NCBI GenBank assembly: GCA_963663895.2
Contig: CAXXRD010000002.1
Location: forward strand, 672,001-736,000
Length of the DNA: 64,000 bases
Direction of reading: 5' to 3'
Source of the DNA: Dehalococcoidia bacterium
GTDB taxonomy: Bacteria; Chloroflexota; Dehalococcoidia; Bin125
The notes below the pieces were generated by a model. It was not told the origin of the DNA, made no database searches, and saw only the letters and a program-made list of their open reading frames with translations. Position 1 is the stretch's first letter, and each line of letters starts with the position of its first letter. Shown in pieces: positions 26,057 through 36,240 of the stretch. The position numbers and the translations under genes are program-made.

Positions 26057-27370
26057 TTATAGGCATTGGCGTCCGCCGTCAGTAGCTGCGACCGCACGCC
26101 GTGACGCATCCAGCCCCGCCGTCTGCATGGCAACCCTCGCAGCGGAGCCGGCCTCGTGCGTCTCGAGAAGCTGCTCGTAGACCTGGCTCATCTGCCGGGC
26201 GACCCCGGGCCACTGGAAAGCGGTCACGGACTGCCGCGCCGCCGCGCCGAACCGCTGGCGCAGGTCCTCGTTCGCGAGCAAGGTCTCGATGCGCTCCGCG
26301 AACGGCTCGGGGCAGCGCCATGGGACAAGGTAGCCGGTTTGCCCGTCGCGGACGGTGTATTGCAGACCGCCGACAGAGGTCGCGACGACCGGCGTGCCGC
26401 TGGCCAGCGCCTCAACAGCAACCAAGCCGAAGCTCTCGTAATACGAGGGGACGACGCACAGATCAGCCGCGCGGTAGTAATCGGGGAGCGCCTCGTGACT
26501 GACCGCGGCGTCAAAGCGGACCCGGTCGCCAATCCCGAGACGGTCGGCCAGCGTCTCGAGGCGGCGACGCTCCTCACTCGACCGCTCGTCGCCACCGGCG
26601 ATCAGCACGCGAAGCGGCTCGTCCACATCGGCCACGGCCGCCGCGCGCAGAAGGATATCGGCGCCCTTGAGTGGCTCGAGCCTCCCCACGAAAAGCAGGA
26701 ACGGTCCGGCGCCCAAGCCGAGCCGCGCGCGCGCGGCGGCGCGGTCGCCGGGACGGAAGCGGTCCAAGTCGACGCCGCCCGGCACGACGGTGACGCTATC
26801 CGTGGCAGCACCGTAGAGGTCGACGAGACAGTCCCGCTCATGGGGGGTGGCGCAGATGAAGTGGTCGGCGGAGGCGACGATCGCGCGCTCTGCCCCGATC
26901 CGCGCCTCAGATTCGCTCTCCCCTCGGCGCGCGCGGTTCTTGACCGCGCCGAGCGTATGGAACATCACCAGGTGCGGGCGTCGCCAGGCGGCGGCCAACT
27001 CGACCCCGGTCAGCCCCGAAATCCAATAATGCGAATGGATCAGATCGTAGCTCTGAGCGGATCGGCGACCGTAGGCGAGGAGCGCGGATGTGAAAGCGGG
27101 GGTGATGGCTTGGATAGCGGCGGAATCGAGTGGCTCGGGCGGGCCGGCTTCCAGCGCGATGAGCCGCACGCGCGGGGCGATCGCAACCGGCTCCAGCGGC
27201 GCCGCGCCATCTTGGCGCGTGAAGATGTCGATCGCGTATCCCAGGGCGGCCAACTCGCGAGTGAGTTGACGGATGTAGACGTTCATCCCGCCCGCTTTGG
27301 TCGTACCGGGAAGCGCGAGCGGCGAAGAGTGCGTGCTCAGCAGCGCCACGCGTCGGGCCTGCCGCGGCAT
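26057..27370 (-). CDS. GT4 glycosyltransferase, MshA-like
   Basis: HSSPL..PG...AGGMNVY, HSHYWISG, GRLEPLKG, ESFGLVAVEALASG; start uncertain (27370 or 27394). Confidence 0.8.
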   Translation of the reverse strand: MPRQARRVALLSTHSSPLALPGTTKAGGMNVYIRQLTRELAALGYAIDIFTRQDGAAPLEPVAIAPRVRLIALEAGPPEPLDSAAIQAITPAFTSALLAYGRRSAQSYDLIHSHYWISGLTGVELAAAWRRPHLVMFHTLGAVKNRARRGESESEARIGAERAIVASADHFICATPHERDCLVDLYGAATDSVTVVPGGVDLDRFRPGDRAAARARLGLGAGPFLLFVGRLEPLKGADILLRAAAVADVDEPLRVLIAGGDERSSEERRRLETLADRLGIGDRVRFDAAVSHEALPDYYRAADLCVVPSYYESFGLVAVEALASGTPVVATSVGGLQYTVRDGQTGYLVPWRCPEPFAERIETLLANEDLRQRFGAAARQSVTAFQWPGVARQMSQVYEQLLETHEAGSAARVAMQTAGLDASRRAVAATDGGRQCL

Positions 27371-27374
27371 GTCG

Positions 27375-28370
27375 CTATGCCTCTCCGCGCTCAAGGTGGA
27401 GCCGCGTAACCGGCGACGGAACCCCGCCGAGTTGCATCTTGTACTCCTCCCTGCCCCGCAAGAAGTTAAAGCGACGGGCCCCTCGTTCGATCGAGTGGCG
27501 GATCAGATACACCTTCGACGCGAGTCCAACGGCCAAGTCACGGTAGGTAGGATCGTAGCCGCTGTTGTAGGCCATCACCTCGTCCGGGGTCTCGAAGGTC
27601 AGCATGGCCGCGACGCGTCTGCCGTCGACCAGCAGAAAATAGAGGCGGGCGATGCCGCGGGGGCCAAAGCGACGCACCAGCTCGCGGAAGAAGGCCGCGC
27701 GACGATCGTCGAGGAATTCGGCCTTGTCGCGGCGTGAGTCGCGCATCATGGCGAAGAGACTTTCAAGCGCGTCATCCATACCCTGGGGCGCCGCTGCGGC
27801 TTCGAGCGCCACGCGGGCGCCGCCGTCGGCCAAATGGCGTAACTTCCGCCGCACTTCGTGGCGGTTCTTCCCTTTGAGGCCGTCGAGGTAGCTCTCCCAG
27901 CGGGCCGGCAGAGTGATGACCGGGCAGACCGCTTCCTGTGCGCTGCGTACGGTCCAACCGTGCCGCCGGGCGGCGGCGGGCAGCGCCTCCAACGTCGGCG
28001 AGCCTTCGGCCAAGCCACAGATCTCTGCCGCCCCGCAATCCCGCTCTTCCAACAACGTGATCAAGGCATCGGCGACGGCGTGCCCGGCCCTCGGCGCAGC
28101 CACGATATCCATGTAGTCGCAGATCTCCGGATCGCCGATGAACGTCGCGACGCCGTCGCGGAAGCGAACCGGCAAGACACCAACGAGCGTGCCCGTCGCG
28201 TCCCGGACGGCATACGGCTCCAACTGCTCGTCCGCGGCGAAGACCTGGGCCCAAGCCGCGGGGAAATCGGGATCCGCGAAGATCCCGGCCGGGGGAGCAA
28301 TCTGCCGAACGAGCGCGACCCAATCGTCGCGCAGACCGGCCCAGCTCTCCGGCGCCGCGACCAGCTTCAA
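27375..28370 (-). CDS. GNAT family (CelD/BcsL, Fem-like) acyltransferase
   Basis: [37 protein letters not shown]. Confidence 0.75.
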   Translation of the reverse strand: MKLVAAPESWAGLRDDWVALVRQIAPPAGIFADPDFPAAWAQVFAADEQLEPYAVRDATGTLVGVLPVRFRDGVATFIGDPEICDYMDIVAAPRAGHAVADALITLLEERDCGAAEICGLAEGSPTLEALPAAARRHGWTVRSAQEAVCPVITLPARWESYLDGLKGKNRHEVRRKLRHLADGGARVALEAAAAPQGMDDALESLFAMMRDSRRDKAEFLDDRRAAFFRELVRRFGPRGIARLYFLLVDGRRVAAMLTFETPDEVMAYNSGYDPTYRDLAVGLASKVYLIRHSIERGARRFNFLRGREEYKMQLGGVPSPVTRLHLERGEA

Positions 28371-28969
28371 GCGTCGCGCCGTTTCAAGAGAGAGAGAAAC
28401 TCCGCGCGGGTCACGGCCTCCGTCGCGAAGCTTCCCCGCAGAGCCGAAGTGATCATGCGGCTCCCCGGTTTCTTAATCCCGCGCATGGTCATGCAAAGGT
28501 GCTCTGCCTCGCATGCCACCGCGACGCCCTGCGGCGCGACCGCGCTCATCAAGGTGTCGGCGATCGCACAGGTCAGCCGCTCTTGTAGCTGGAGACGCCG
28601 GGCGATCGCGTCGACGAGGCGCGCGATCTTGCTGATCCCCACGACGCGGCCGTTGGGAATGTAGGAAACGTGCACGACGCCGTGGAAGGGAAGCAGGTGA
28701 TGCTCGCACATGGAAAAGAAGGGGATATCTCGAAGGATCACCATCTCATCGTGCGCCTCTTCAAACCCGACCTTGAGAAGGGTCGCGGGTTCGACGCGCA
28801 TACCGCCCAGGATCTCCTCGTAGACGTCCGCGATGCGCCGGGGAGTATCGCGCAGGCCCTCACGACCGGGGTCCTCCCCAATCGCACTGAGCAATTCGCG
28901 CATTGCCGCTTCAATGCGCGGCTTGTCCACGGGCGCCTTACCGTTGGGCGCCTCTGACGACGCGCTCAT
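28367..28969 (-). CDS. folE: GTP cyclohydrolase I
   Basis: [35 protein letters not shown]. Confidence 0.97.
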   Translation of the reverse strand: MSASSEAPNGKAPVDKPRIEAAMRELLSAIGEDPGREGLRDTPRRIADVYEEILGGMRVEPATLLKVGFEEAHDEMVILRDIPFFSMCEHHLLPFHGVVHVSYIPNGRVVGISKIARLVDAIARRLQLQERLTCAIADTLMSAVAPQGVAVACEAEHLCMTMRGIKKPGSRMITSALRGSFATEAVTRAEFLSLLKRRDA

Positions 28970-29017
28970 CTGGAATGCGACCTCCCCTGTTGCTGCCGGC
29001 CCGGACAGGCCGCGCCA

Positions 29018-30094
29018 CTAATCAAGCGCCGCCTCGATCCCTGCCAGCGTAGCGGGAACGTCCCGCCGGTCGGGCTGGATCTGGAGCGCAGCCTCGGGGT
29101 CCTTGAGTCCAGCGCCGCTGATGACACAGACCACCTGTCGTCCGGCGAGCTCCACGCCGTGGTCGTGCAGCGCCAGTAATCCGGCGACGGACGCCGCCGC
29201 GGCGGGCTCCGCGAAGACGCCTTCTGCACGAGCCAAGTGCTCGTAAGCGGCCCGGATCTGCGCATCGGTCACGGCGACGATATCGCCGCCAGATTCGTCG
29301 CGGGCGGCGACCGCGCCCTGCCATGAGGCCGGATTTCCGATGCGAATCGCGGTTGCGAACGTCTGGGGATGCGGGACGGGCCGACCCGTCACCAGCGGGG
29401 CCGCACCGGCCGCCTGGAACCCGAACATCTGCGGCAGATGCTTGGCGTCTCCGCGATCGTAACTATCGCGATAGCCGCGCCAGTAGGCGGTGATGTTGCC
29501 AGCGTTGCCCACGGGCATGCAGTGGATCTGCGGCGCGTCTCCAAGCGCGTCAACGATCTCCCAGGCCGCGGTTTGCTGTCCCGCAATGCGGAACGGGTTG
29601 ACCGAATTGACCAGCGCGATCGAGCGCCGCGCCGTCACTGTCCGGGCAAGCTGGAGCGCGTCGTCGAACGAGCCCTCGACGGCAAGAATGCGCGCGCCAT
29701 GCGCCACGGCTTGCGCGAGCTTGCCCTGAGCGACGGCGCCGCCCGGAACCAGGACGTAGACGCGCAGCCCCTGGCGGGCGGCATAGGCTGCGGCCGAGGC
29801 GCTCGTGTTGCCCGTCGAGGCGCAGAGCACGGCCTTGTAGCCCGCCTCCATCGCCTTCGCCACGGCCACCACCATGCCGCGGTCCTTGAAGGAACCCGTG
29901 GGGTTGCAGAACTCAAGCTTGAGCCACACGCGTGCCGCGCCCGTGATCTGCTCCAGCGAGGGGGCGGGGACGAGCGGGGTGCTGCCTTCGCCCAGGGAGA
30001 TGCGGGGAGTGGCGTCGGTCAGGGGAAGGCGATCGGCGAAGCGAGTGAGGACGCCGGGAGTGGCTGAATCGCGAGCCGGGCGGCCCTCAGGCAT
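29018..30094 (-). CDS. thrC: threonine synthase
   Basis: LGEGSTPL, NPTGSFKDRG, ASTGNTSASAA, PVGNAGN, GLKDP. Confidence 0.94.
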   Translation of the reverse strand: MPEGRPARDSATPGVLTRFADRLPLTDATPRISLGEGSTPLVPAPSLEQITGAARVWLKLEFCNPTGSFKDRGMVVAVAKAMEAGYKAVLCASTGNTSASAAAYAARQGLRVYVLVPGGAVAQGKLAQAVAHGARILAVEGSFDDALQLARTVTARRSIALVNSVNPFRIAGQQTAAWEIVDALGDAPQIHCMPVGNAGNITAYWRGYRDSYDRGDAKHLPQMFGFQAAGAAPLVTGRPVPHPQTFATAIRIGNPASWQGAVAARDESGGDIVAVTDAQIRAAYEHLARAEGVFAEPAAAASVAGLLALHDHGVELAGRQVVCVISGAGLKDPEAALQIQPDRRDVPATLAGIEAALD

Positions 30095-31112
30095 CGGGCT
30101 CCGGCGCTCCCTCGGGGCGCGCGTACCCTTTGATCTCGCGAACCTCTTGTTCCAGGTCGGCAATCTGGCGACGGCGCAACTTTTCCTGAAAGCTGATGAA
30201 CCGCTCTGACTCGCGGGCGGTGAGATTGCGGACCTCCTGCACCAGCCTGCGAAGCTCGGCCAGTGCATGATCCTGCTGTTCGGCCTTGACGCGCTGGCGC
30301 TCAATCGAGCGCTCCACCTCTTCGATCTGGCCGTTCAGCACCCCGTAGTCGCGCGCCACACTGTTCGAGCGCTCGGTCGTTGCGTCGCTGACAATGCGGA
30401 TCGCTTCCACGCGCTCTCTGAGCGTGTCGAGTTCGTGGCGCATATCGCCCACGCCGAGCGCGTCATCGGTAATACGGCGTACCTGCTCCTCAAGAATAGT
30501 GAGCCGTTCGTTGAACTGGGATGCGAGACCTTCCATCTCTTGAAGCTTGTCGGCCAAGGTCTCCGCGTTGCCTTGCACGCGGCGCTGTGCTTCCGCGTTC
30601 ACGGACACCCGCGAATCCAGGGCAACGACGTCGACTTCGGCGCTGTCGAAACGCTGCGAAACCGCGTGGAGATCATCCTGGACGCGCCGGATCGCTTCGT
30701 CGACGGCGGCCAGCCGATCGCTTAGGCCCCCAGCAGTGCGCTCCGCGAACTCGGTGCGGCGCGCGAGCTGCGTCCGATCGTCCCGATCGCTCTGCATCTC
30801 GGCGCGGAGCTGTCGCCCCAGGTGCGACACCTGCTCCTGTTCCTGGGCGAACAGTGCTTGCAGCCGATCCAAGCGCTCGCGCAGCGCGCGCACCTCTCGG
30901 TCAAGGCCGACCAACGCATCGATCTGATTCGTGACATTGGCGGTTCCCGACTCGGCCTTTTGGAACCGCTCGGCCAAGTCCCAAAGCTGCGTGTGATCGA
31001 TCTGCGCTTGCTCACCCTGACGGCTCAGCTGCTGGCGGAGGCCGTAGACCTCGGCCTCAAGCCACTCAACCATTGCCTCGGAAGACTCGGAGGGTGGGGG
31101 GGTAGCCGTCAC
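30087..31112 (-). CDS. long coiled-coil hypothetical protein
   Basis: E/R/Q/L-rich heptad pattern over ~330 aa; GTG at 31112 with GAGG SD just after the hom stop; fills the hom-thrC gap. Confidence 0.8.
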   Translation of the reverse strand: MTATPPPSESSEAMVEWLEAEVYGLRQQLSRQGEQAQIDHTQLWDLAERFQKAESGTANVTNQIDALVGLDREVRALRERLDRLQALFAQEQEQVSHLGRQLRAEMQSDRDDRTQLARRTEFAERTAGGLSDRLAAVDEAIRRVQDDLHAVSQRFDSAEVDVVALDSRVSVNAEAQRRVQGNAETLADKLQEMEGLASQFNERLTILEEQVRRITDDALGVGDMRHELDTLRERVEAIRIVSDATTERSNSVARDYGVLNGQIEEVERSIERQRVKAEQQDHALAELRRLVQEVRNLTARESERFISFQEKLRRRQIADLEQEVREIKGYARPEGAPEPDA

Positions 31113-31119
31113 GACATCC

Positions 31120-32424
31120 TCATCCCCGGGGACCCTCGATTCGCAAGCGGATCCCTTGCTCGACAACGGCGTCGAGCCGGGCGGCTTGCGCAAGGAATCG
31201 ATCGCAATCGGCTTCGCGGGCGTGGTGCGTAGTGATGGCTATCTCCGCAGTGCCTGCCACTGCATCTGCCTCCATCTGAAGAAGCGACGCGATGCTGATG
31301 TTGTTATCAGCCAAGGCGCTCCCGATCTCAGCGAGCACGCCAGGCCGATCTCGCACCAAAGCACGCAAATAATACTGCATCCGCAGCGAGCCAACGGGTT
31401 GGATGCACGCGTCAACGCTGGGCGGCCGCCGCGGCCGCCCGCTGGCGATGCCGCGCACGATATCGAGAAGATCGGCGATGACGGCACTGGTCGTGGGCGC
31501 CGGGCCGGCACCAGGTCCTTCGAACAGCGCGCGGCCTATCAAGTTCCCCTCCACCGCGATCGCGTTCAGGACGCCATCCACTTTGGCCAGGGGATCATCC
31601 TCCGGCAGCAGCGTCGGATGCACGCGGACATCGAGTCCGCCGGCGGCGCGGCGCGCCGTCGCCACGAGCCGAACGACGTAGCCCAGACGCCGCGCGTAGG
31701 TGAAATCTTTGGGGGTGAGCTGGGTAATCCCCTCGCGGTACACGTCGTCCGGCCGAACCGTGACATGGAACGCGAGCGTGGCGAGGATCGCGAGCTTGTA
31801 GGCCGCATCGGTCCCATCGACGTCGTTCGCCGGGTCGGGCTCCGCGTAGCCGCGACGCTGTGCCTCGGCGAGGGCAGCCTCGTAGGTGAGGCCTTCGCGC
31901 GCCATCGCCGTCAACATGAAGTTGGTCGTGCCGTTGATGATGGCCTGCACGGCGGCGACCTCGTTGGCGTGCAGGTCACGCTGCAACGGCGCGATGATGG
32001 GAATGCCGCCTCCCACGCTGGCTTCGTACAGGAGCTCGACGTTCCGTTGATAGGCGAGCTCGAGGAGCTCGGGGCCGGCGATCGCCATGACCTCTTTGTT
32101 CGCGGTCACGACGTGCTTGCCGGCTTCGAGGGCGGCGCGAATGCAGGTGATCGCCGGCTCGATACCACCCATGACCTCGACGATGACGGCGAGGGCGGGG
32201 TCGGTCGCGATGGCGAGCGCGTCGTCCGTGAGGACGCTCGGATCGACCGAGACCGCGCGGGGGCGGGCCCGATCGCGCACGGCGATCCGTGGCACCGCGA
32301 TCGCGCGGCCGCTGCGGGCGGCGTAGTAGTCCCGTTGCTCGGCAAGCGTCCGGTAGACGCTCTGGCCCACGCCGCCGAAACCAAGGAGGCCCACGCCGAT
32401 CGGCGGGGCGGCAGACTCCGTCAT
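31120..32424 (-). CDS. hom: homoserine dehydrogenase with C-terminal ACT domain
   Basis: GFGGVG, HVVTANK, EASVGGGIP, NGTTNF, GYAEPDP, DRPGVLA. Confidence 0.96.
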   Translation of the reverse strand: MTESAAPPIGVGLLGFGGVGQSVYRTLAEQRDYYAARSGRAIAVPRIAVRDRARPRAVSVDPSVLTDDALAIATDPALAVIVEVMGGIEPAITCIRAALEAGKHVVTANKEVMAIAGPELLELAYQRNVELLYEASVGGGIPIIAPLQRDLHANEVAAVQAIINGTTNFMLTAMAREGLTYEAALAEAQRRGYAEPDPANDVDGTDAAYKLAILATLAFHVTVRPDDVYREGITQLTPKDFTYARRLGYVVRLVATARRAAGGLDVRVHPTLLPEDDPLAKVDGVLNAIAVEGNLIGRALFEGPGAGPAPTTSAVIADLLDIVRGIASGRPRRPPSVDACIQPVGSLRMQYYLRALVRDRPGVLAEIGSALADNNISIASLLQMEADAVAGTAEIAITTHHAREADCDRFLAQAARLDAVVEQGIRLRIEGPRG

Positions 32425-32428
32425 GTCT

Positions 32429-33214
32429 TTACGCTTGGGCGTCGCTGTCCACGGAAGGCGGCTCGGCGGCGGGAGGAGCGACATCCGTTTCGGGCTCGGA
32501 CGTGGACAGGCTCTGTACCGCCGGGGAATCCACGTCTGTGTCCACGGAGGGCGGCTCGTCGGCGGGCGGGGCGGCATCCCCTTCGGTGTCGGGCGTGGGA
32601 AGGCTCGGCGCCGGCGGGGAGACCGCGTCCGTACTCACTTCGGCCTCGCTGGCAGGCGAAGGGGCTTCGGCTTCAGGCTTGGGTTCCGGCTCCGGCTCCG
32701 GTTCGCGCGTACGCAACGGCCGGGACGCCTGACGGTATTGCGCGGCCAGCCGCATGTGCTCCGCGGTATAGGGGAGCAGCGCCACGTGCCGGGCGCGCTT
32801 GACCGCGGTCGCGAGGCGCCGCTGATCGGCGGCGGTGAGGCCGGTCTTCCGCCGCGGGTCGATGCGGCCGCGCTCGGAGATGATGCGCCGGAGACGATCG
32901 ACATCCTTGTACGAGATCGCCTTGACCTCGTCCGGGGTGTAGATGGGCGCCCGGCGTCCGCGGCGGCGGCGGGGACGGCGCCCGCGCGGCGAGTCATCGT
33001 CAGCGGCGGACTCCTCGCGGGGAGATCGCCCCGCCGAAGGGGGCGGTGGCGGCGGATCCGCCGTTGCCGGCGCGTCACCAGCAGGCACCGCAGGCAGCGG
33101 CTCGGATGGCGGCAGCGCGGCACTTGGAGGATCGCTGCGCGGGACCTCCACGATCGGGGCAGCGGCGCTGCCGGCCGCAGGCGCGGCCGGCGCCGCGTCG
33201 GTATCAGAGGTCAT
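32429..33214 (-). CDS. rpsR: 30S ribosomal protein S18 (Cys-free) with long N- and C-terminal low-complexity extensions
   Basis: Core [24 protein letters not shown]...QR.LA.AVKRAR.VALLPY; rpsF-ssb-rpsR order. Confidence 0.92.
   Translation of the reverse strand: MTSDTDAAPAAPAAGSAAAPIVEVPRSDPPSAALPPSEPLPAVPAGDAPATADPPPPPPSAGRSPREESAADDDSPRGRRPRRRRGRRAPIYTPDEVKAISYKDVDRLRRIISERGRIDPRRKTGLTAADQRRLATAVKRARHVALLPYTAEHMRLAAQYRQASRPLRTREPEPEPEPKPEAEAPSPASEAEVSTDAVSPPAPSLPTPDTEGDAAPPADEPPSVDTDVDSPAVQSLSTSEPETDVAPPAAEPPSVDSDAQA
32435..32620 (-). repeat. imperfect tandem duplication (2 x 93 bp) in the rpsR tail
   Basis: gtccacggaaggcggctcggcggcggg at 32447 recurs as gtccacggagggcggctcgtcggcggg at 32540; 31-aa units [31 protein letters not shown] and [31 protein letters not shown]. 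Confidence 0.8.
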
Positions 33215-33256
33215 AGCGATGCCACTCTTTCGGAACCTTTCGCAAGCGGGATGCCC

Positions 33257-33682
33257 TCACTCGAAGGGCAGGTCGTCCGGGGCGACCTGATCACCGTGCG
33301 CCACCGAGGGAGGCTCATCGGCGAAGGGAACGCCTTGCGCGCTGCCTTGCGCACTATCGAGGAATTGGACGTCTCGCGCGATAACCTCGGTGAAGTAGCG
33401 GCGCTGCCCCTCCTTATCGTCGTACTCGGACGTCCGCAGTCGCCCTTCGACGAAGACGCGGCGCCCCTTGGTGAGATACTGGGCGACAACCTCGCCAAGC
33501 TTGTCCCACGCCGTAACGTTGAACCACTCGGTCTCCTCGCGCCGATCGCCCTCTCGCGTCGTGTAATTGCGACCAACCGCGACGCGCATCCTGGTGCGCG
33601 CCGTGCCGTTGGCGGTATAGCTCATCTCCGGATCGGCACCCAAGTTCCCGATGATCATGACTTTGTTGAGGCCAGCCGCCAT
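33257..33682 (-). CDS. ssb: single-stranded DNA-binding protein
   Basis: LNKVMIIGNLGADPE, VEGRLRT, C-terminal DDLPF. Confidence 0.97.
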   Translation of the reverse strand: MAAGLNKVMIIGNLGADPEMSYTANGTARTRMRVAVGRNYTTREGDRREETEWFNVTAWDKLGEVVAQYLTKGRRVFVEGRLRTSEYDDKEGQRRYFTEVIARDVQFLDSAQGSAQGVPFADEPPSVAHGDQVAPDDLPFE

Positions 33683-33709
33683 GAGAGCCTCCTCTACTCG
33701 ACGCCGCCG

Positions 33710-34024
33710 CTAGGCGTCGCTGCTGGCCGCGACCCCGTCCGAGTCGCGGCGGATCAAAAGGTGGCGCAGCACCGACTCGTCGATGTTGAGCGATCGCTCG
33801 ATCTCGGCGTGATCGCCGTCGCTGGAGAATTCGGCGATCACGTAGTCCGCCTCGAACTGCCGCTTGATCGGATAGGCCAGGCGCCGCCTTCCCCAGTGGA
33901 AAACGTCCGAGACATCATGCCCTTGGGACGCGATCAGAGAACGCAGGGCGTCCATCTTGGTGGAAAGCTCCGCTTCCTCACCCAGCGGGTGGTAAAGAAC
34001 CATGAGCTCGTGATCGTGGGCCAA
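33710..34024 (-). CDS. rpsF: 30S ribosomal protein S6
   Basis: WGRRRLAYPI, VLRHL; TTG start. Confidence 0.93.
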   Translation of the reverse strand: MAHDHELMVLYHPLGEEAELSTKMDALRSLIASQGHDVSDVFHWGRRRLAYPIKRQFEADYVIAEFSSDGDHAEIERSLNIDESVLRHLLIRRDSDGVAASSDA

Positions 34025-34091
34025 GCGGGTCCCCAGCTTCTCCCGGCATCCCGGCCGGATGGCTTAGGAATTCGTTAGTTCAGGGATTATA
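34025..34091 (-). promoter_or_regulatory. TATAAT -10 element and candidate S6:S18 ribosomal leader
   Basis: Minus strand TATAAT (34086-34091), then UUCCU...CAUCC-ggccg-GGAUG-CCG-GGAG, i.e. a hairpin followed by CCG next to a purine run. Confidence 0.55.
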
Positions 34092-34185
34092 GCGGGGCCA
34101 CGCGCCACCAGCGCCACGCAGCCTCCGTTCCACAGTCATCACTCCGGAGACCGATCCACGGGCCAGCCACGGCCTGGCAGCGCCG

Positions 34186-35448
34186 TCAGGACGCAATACC
34201 CGGCACGGGAAAGCGCTGGACCAGCTCACCTACCTCCGCCCGCACGGCTCGCTGCGCCGCGGCGTCTTCAATGTCGTCCAGGATCCGCCCGATCAGCCCG
34301 GCAACGACGCGCATCTCCTGGGGCCCCATTCCACGGGTGGTGAGTGCCGGCGTGCCGATGCGGATGCCGCTGGTCACGGTGGGCTTCCGTTGATCGAAGG
34401 GGATCGTGTTCTTGTTCACGGTGATGCCGGCGACCTCAAGGGCCGTCTCCACCGCCTTGCCCGTGTACCCGCGAACGCCCACATCGACCACGAGCAAGTG
34501 GTTATCGGTGCCGCCCGAAACGAGACGGAGCCCCGCCGCGCGCAACCCTTCGCCCAGGGTCTGAGCGTTCTCGATCACGGCGGCGGCGTAGCGGCGAAAA
34601 TCCGCCGAGGCGGCCTCGCGGAAGGCGACCGCCTTGCCCGCGATCGTGTGCATGTGCGGGCCGCCGGAGGTTCCGGGAAAGACCGCGCGGTCGATCGGCG
34701 TCGCCATCTCGGCATCGGTGAGGATGAAGGCCGATCGCGGGCCGCGCAGCGTCTTGTGCGCAGTGGAAGTGATAATGGCCGCATTCCCAACCGGGCTGGG
34801 ATGCAGTCCCGCCGCGACGAGCCCCGCCACGTGCGCCATGTCGGCGATCACGGTGGCGCCCACGCTCGCCGCCACTTCGGCGGTACGGGCGAAGTCGTAC
34901 TGGCGCGGGTAGGCGGTCGCGCCGATCACGATCGCTTTGGGGCGGTGTTCCCGGGCGGCGGCGGCCATGGCGTCGTAGTCGATCCGCTCGGTTTCCGGAT
35001 CGACGCCGTAGGACACGAAGTTGAACCAGCGGCCGGAAAAGTTGACGCGCAAGCCGTGGGTGAGGTGGCCGCCATGGCTGAGCTCCATGCCGAGCGCCGT
35101 ATCCCCCGGCTCGAGCACGGCGTAGTACGCGGCGAGGTTGGCCTGGGCCCCGGAATGCGGCTGCACGTTGACGTGCTCGGCGCCGAAGAGCTCCTTGGCC
35201 CGTTCGACGGCGAGCGTCTCGATCGCGTCGACGAAGTCACAGCCGCCGTAGTAGCGTTTGCCGGGGTACCCCTCGGCGTACTTGTTGGTCAGGATCGAGC
35301 CCATCGCCGCCAGCACCGCGGGACTCGTGTAATTCTCGGAGGCGATCATCTCCAAGGTGTCGCGCTGCCGCGCGGCCTCGCGATCCAAGGCCGTGGCGAC
35401 CTCCGCATCCGCAGAGGCCAGCAGCTCGCTCGCGCGCGTCAGCACCAT
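34186..35448 (-). CDS. glyA: serine hydroxymethyltransferase
   Basis: [39 protein letters not shown]. Confidence 0.98.
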   Translation of the reverse strand: MVLTRASELLASADAEVATALDREAARQRDTLEMIASENYTSPAVLAAMGSILTNKYAEGYPGKRYYGGCDFVDAIETLAVERAKELFGAEHVNVQPHSGAQANLAAYYAVLEPGDTALGMELSHGGHLTHGLRVNFSGRWFNFVSYGVDPETERIDYDAMAAAAREHRPKAIVIGATAYPRQYDFARTAEVAASVGATVIADMAHVAGLVAAGLHPSPVGNAAIITSTAHKTLRGPRSAFILTDAEMATPIDRAVFPGTSGGPHMHTIAGKAVAFREAASADFRRYAAAVIENAQTLGEGLRAAGLRLVSGGTDNHLLVVDVGVRGYTGKAVETALEVAGITVNKNTIPFDQRKPTVTSGIRIGTPALTTRGMGPQEMRVVAGLIGRILDDIEDAAAQRAVRAEVGELVQRFPVPGIAS

Positions 35449-35490
35449 ATGTCCACTCTAACGACGCCGACGCCGAGATGCGATTAACGA

Positions 35491-36195
35491 TTAACTCGCG
35501 AACTCGCCTCCCCGCGCGACGGCCCATGCGTCGACAGATTCGGCCCCGGCGTCTAGGAGCGCTCGTGCGCAGAAATCGAACGTCGCGCCCGAAGTCGTGA
35601 CATCGTCGATCAGCAAGAACCGGCGCCCGCCGGCATGCCGCGGAGACGCCGCGAAGGCGCCGGCCACGTTGCGGCGGCGGGCTTCCCAATCCGGCTGCCG
35701 CGCTTGCGGCGCCGTGGCTCTGGTCCGGCGGAGCGCGTCTGTCGCGACCGGGCGATCGAGGCGCGCCGCCAGATGCCGCGCGATCAGATCCGTCTGATTG
35801 AAGCCGCGCAGGCGCCGACGGCGCTTGTGCATCGGGACGGCCACAAGCTGGTCGACATCGTCGGGGATCGCACTCACGTCGGCCGCCGCGACGAGCGGAC
35901 CGGCCACCGCCGTTCTTCCCTCGTATTTCAGCGCCAGGATCGCCTCCCGGACGTCTCCAACGTAAATGAACGCCGCGCGCCGGGAACGGAAGGCGGAGGG
36001 CTGGCTCGGACCGTCGGTCCGCCAGCTTGCCGAGGGCGCGGCGCGGGGGAACCCCGCCAGGCAAGCATCGCAGAGATGGACGCCCCACTGACCGCAAACG
36101 ACGCAACGCGGCGGGAAGAAGAGGTTGAACAGTGCATCACGCGCCTGCCCTACCGACGGGAGATCGAAACGCGCTCGGTGCAGGGGAACACGCAT
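35491..36195 (-). CDS. comF: ComF family double zinc-ribbon/PRTase protein
   Basis: FPPRCVVC...LCDAC, RGFNQ, LLIDDVTTSGAT; start uncertain. Confidence 0.88.
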   Translation of the reverse strand: MRVPLHRARFDLPSVGQARDALFNLFFPPRCVVCGQWGVHLCDACLAGFPRAAPSASWRTDGPSQPSAFRSRRAAFIYVGDVREAILALKYEGRTAVAGPLVAAADVSAIPDDVDQLVAVPMHKRRRRLRGFNQTDLIARHLAARLDRPVATDALRRTRATAPQARQPDWEARRRNVAGAFAASPRHAGGRRFLLIDDVTTSGATFDFCARALLDAGAESVDAWAVARGGEFAS

Positions 36196-36240
36196 GGCCG
36201 CCTCACGGTTACCGTCCGCTGAAACGGTACACTGCCGGAT

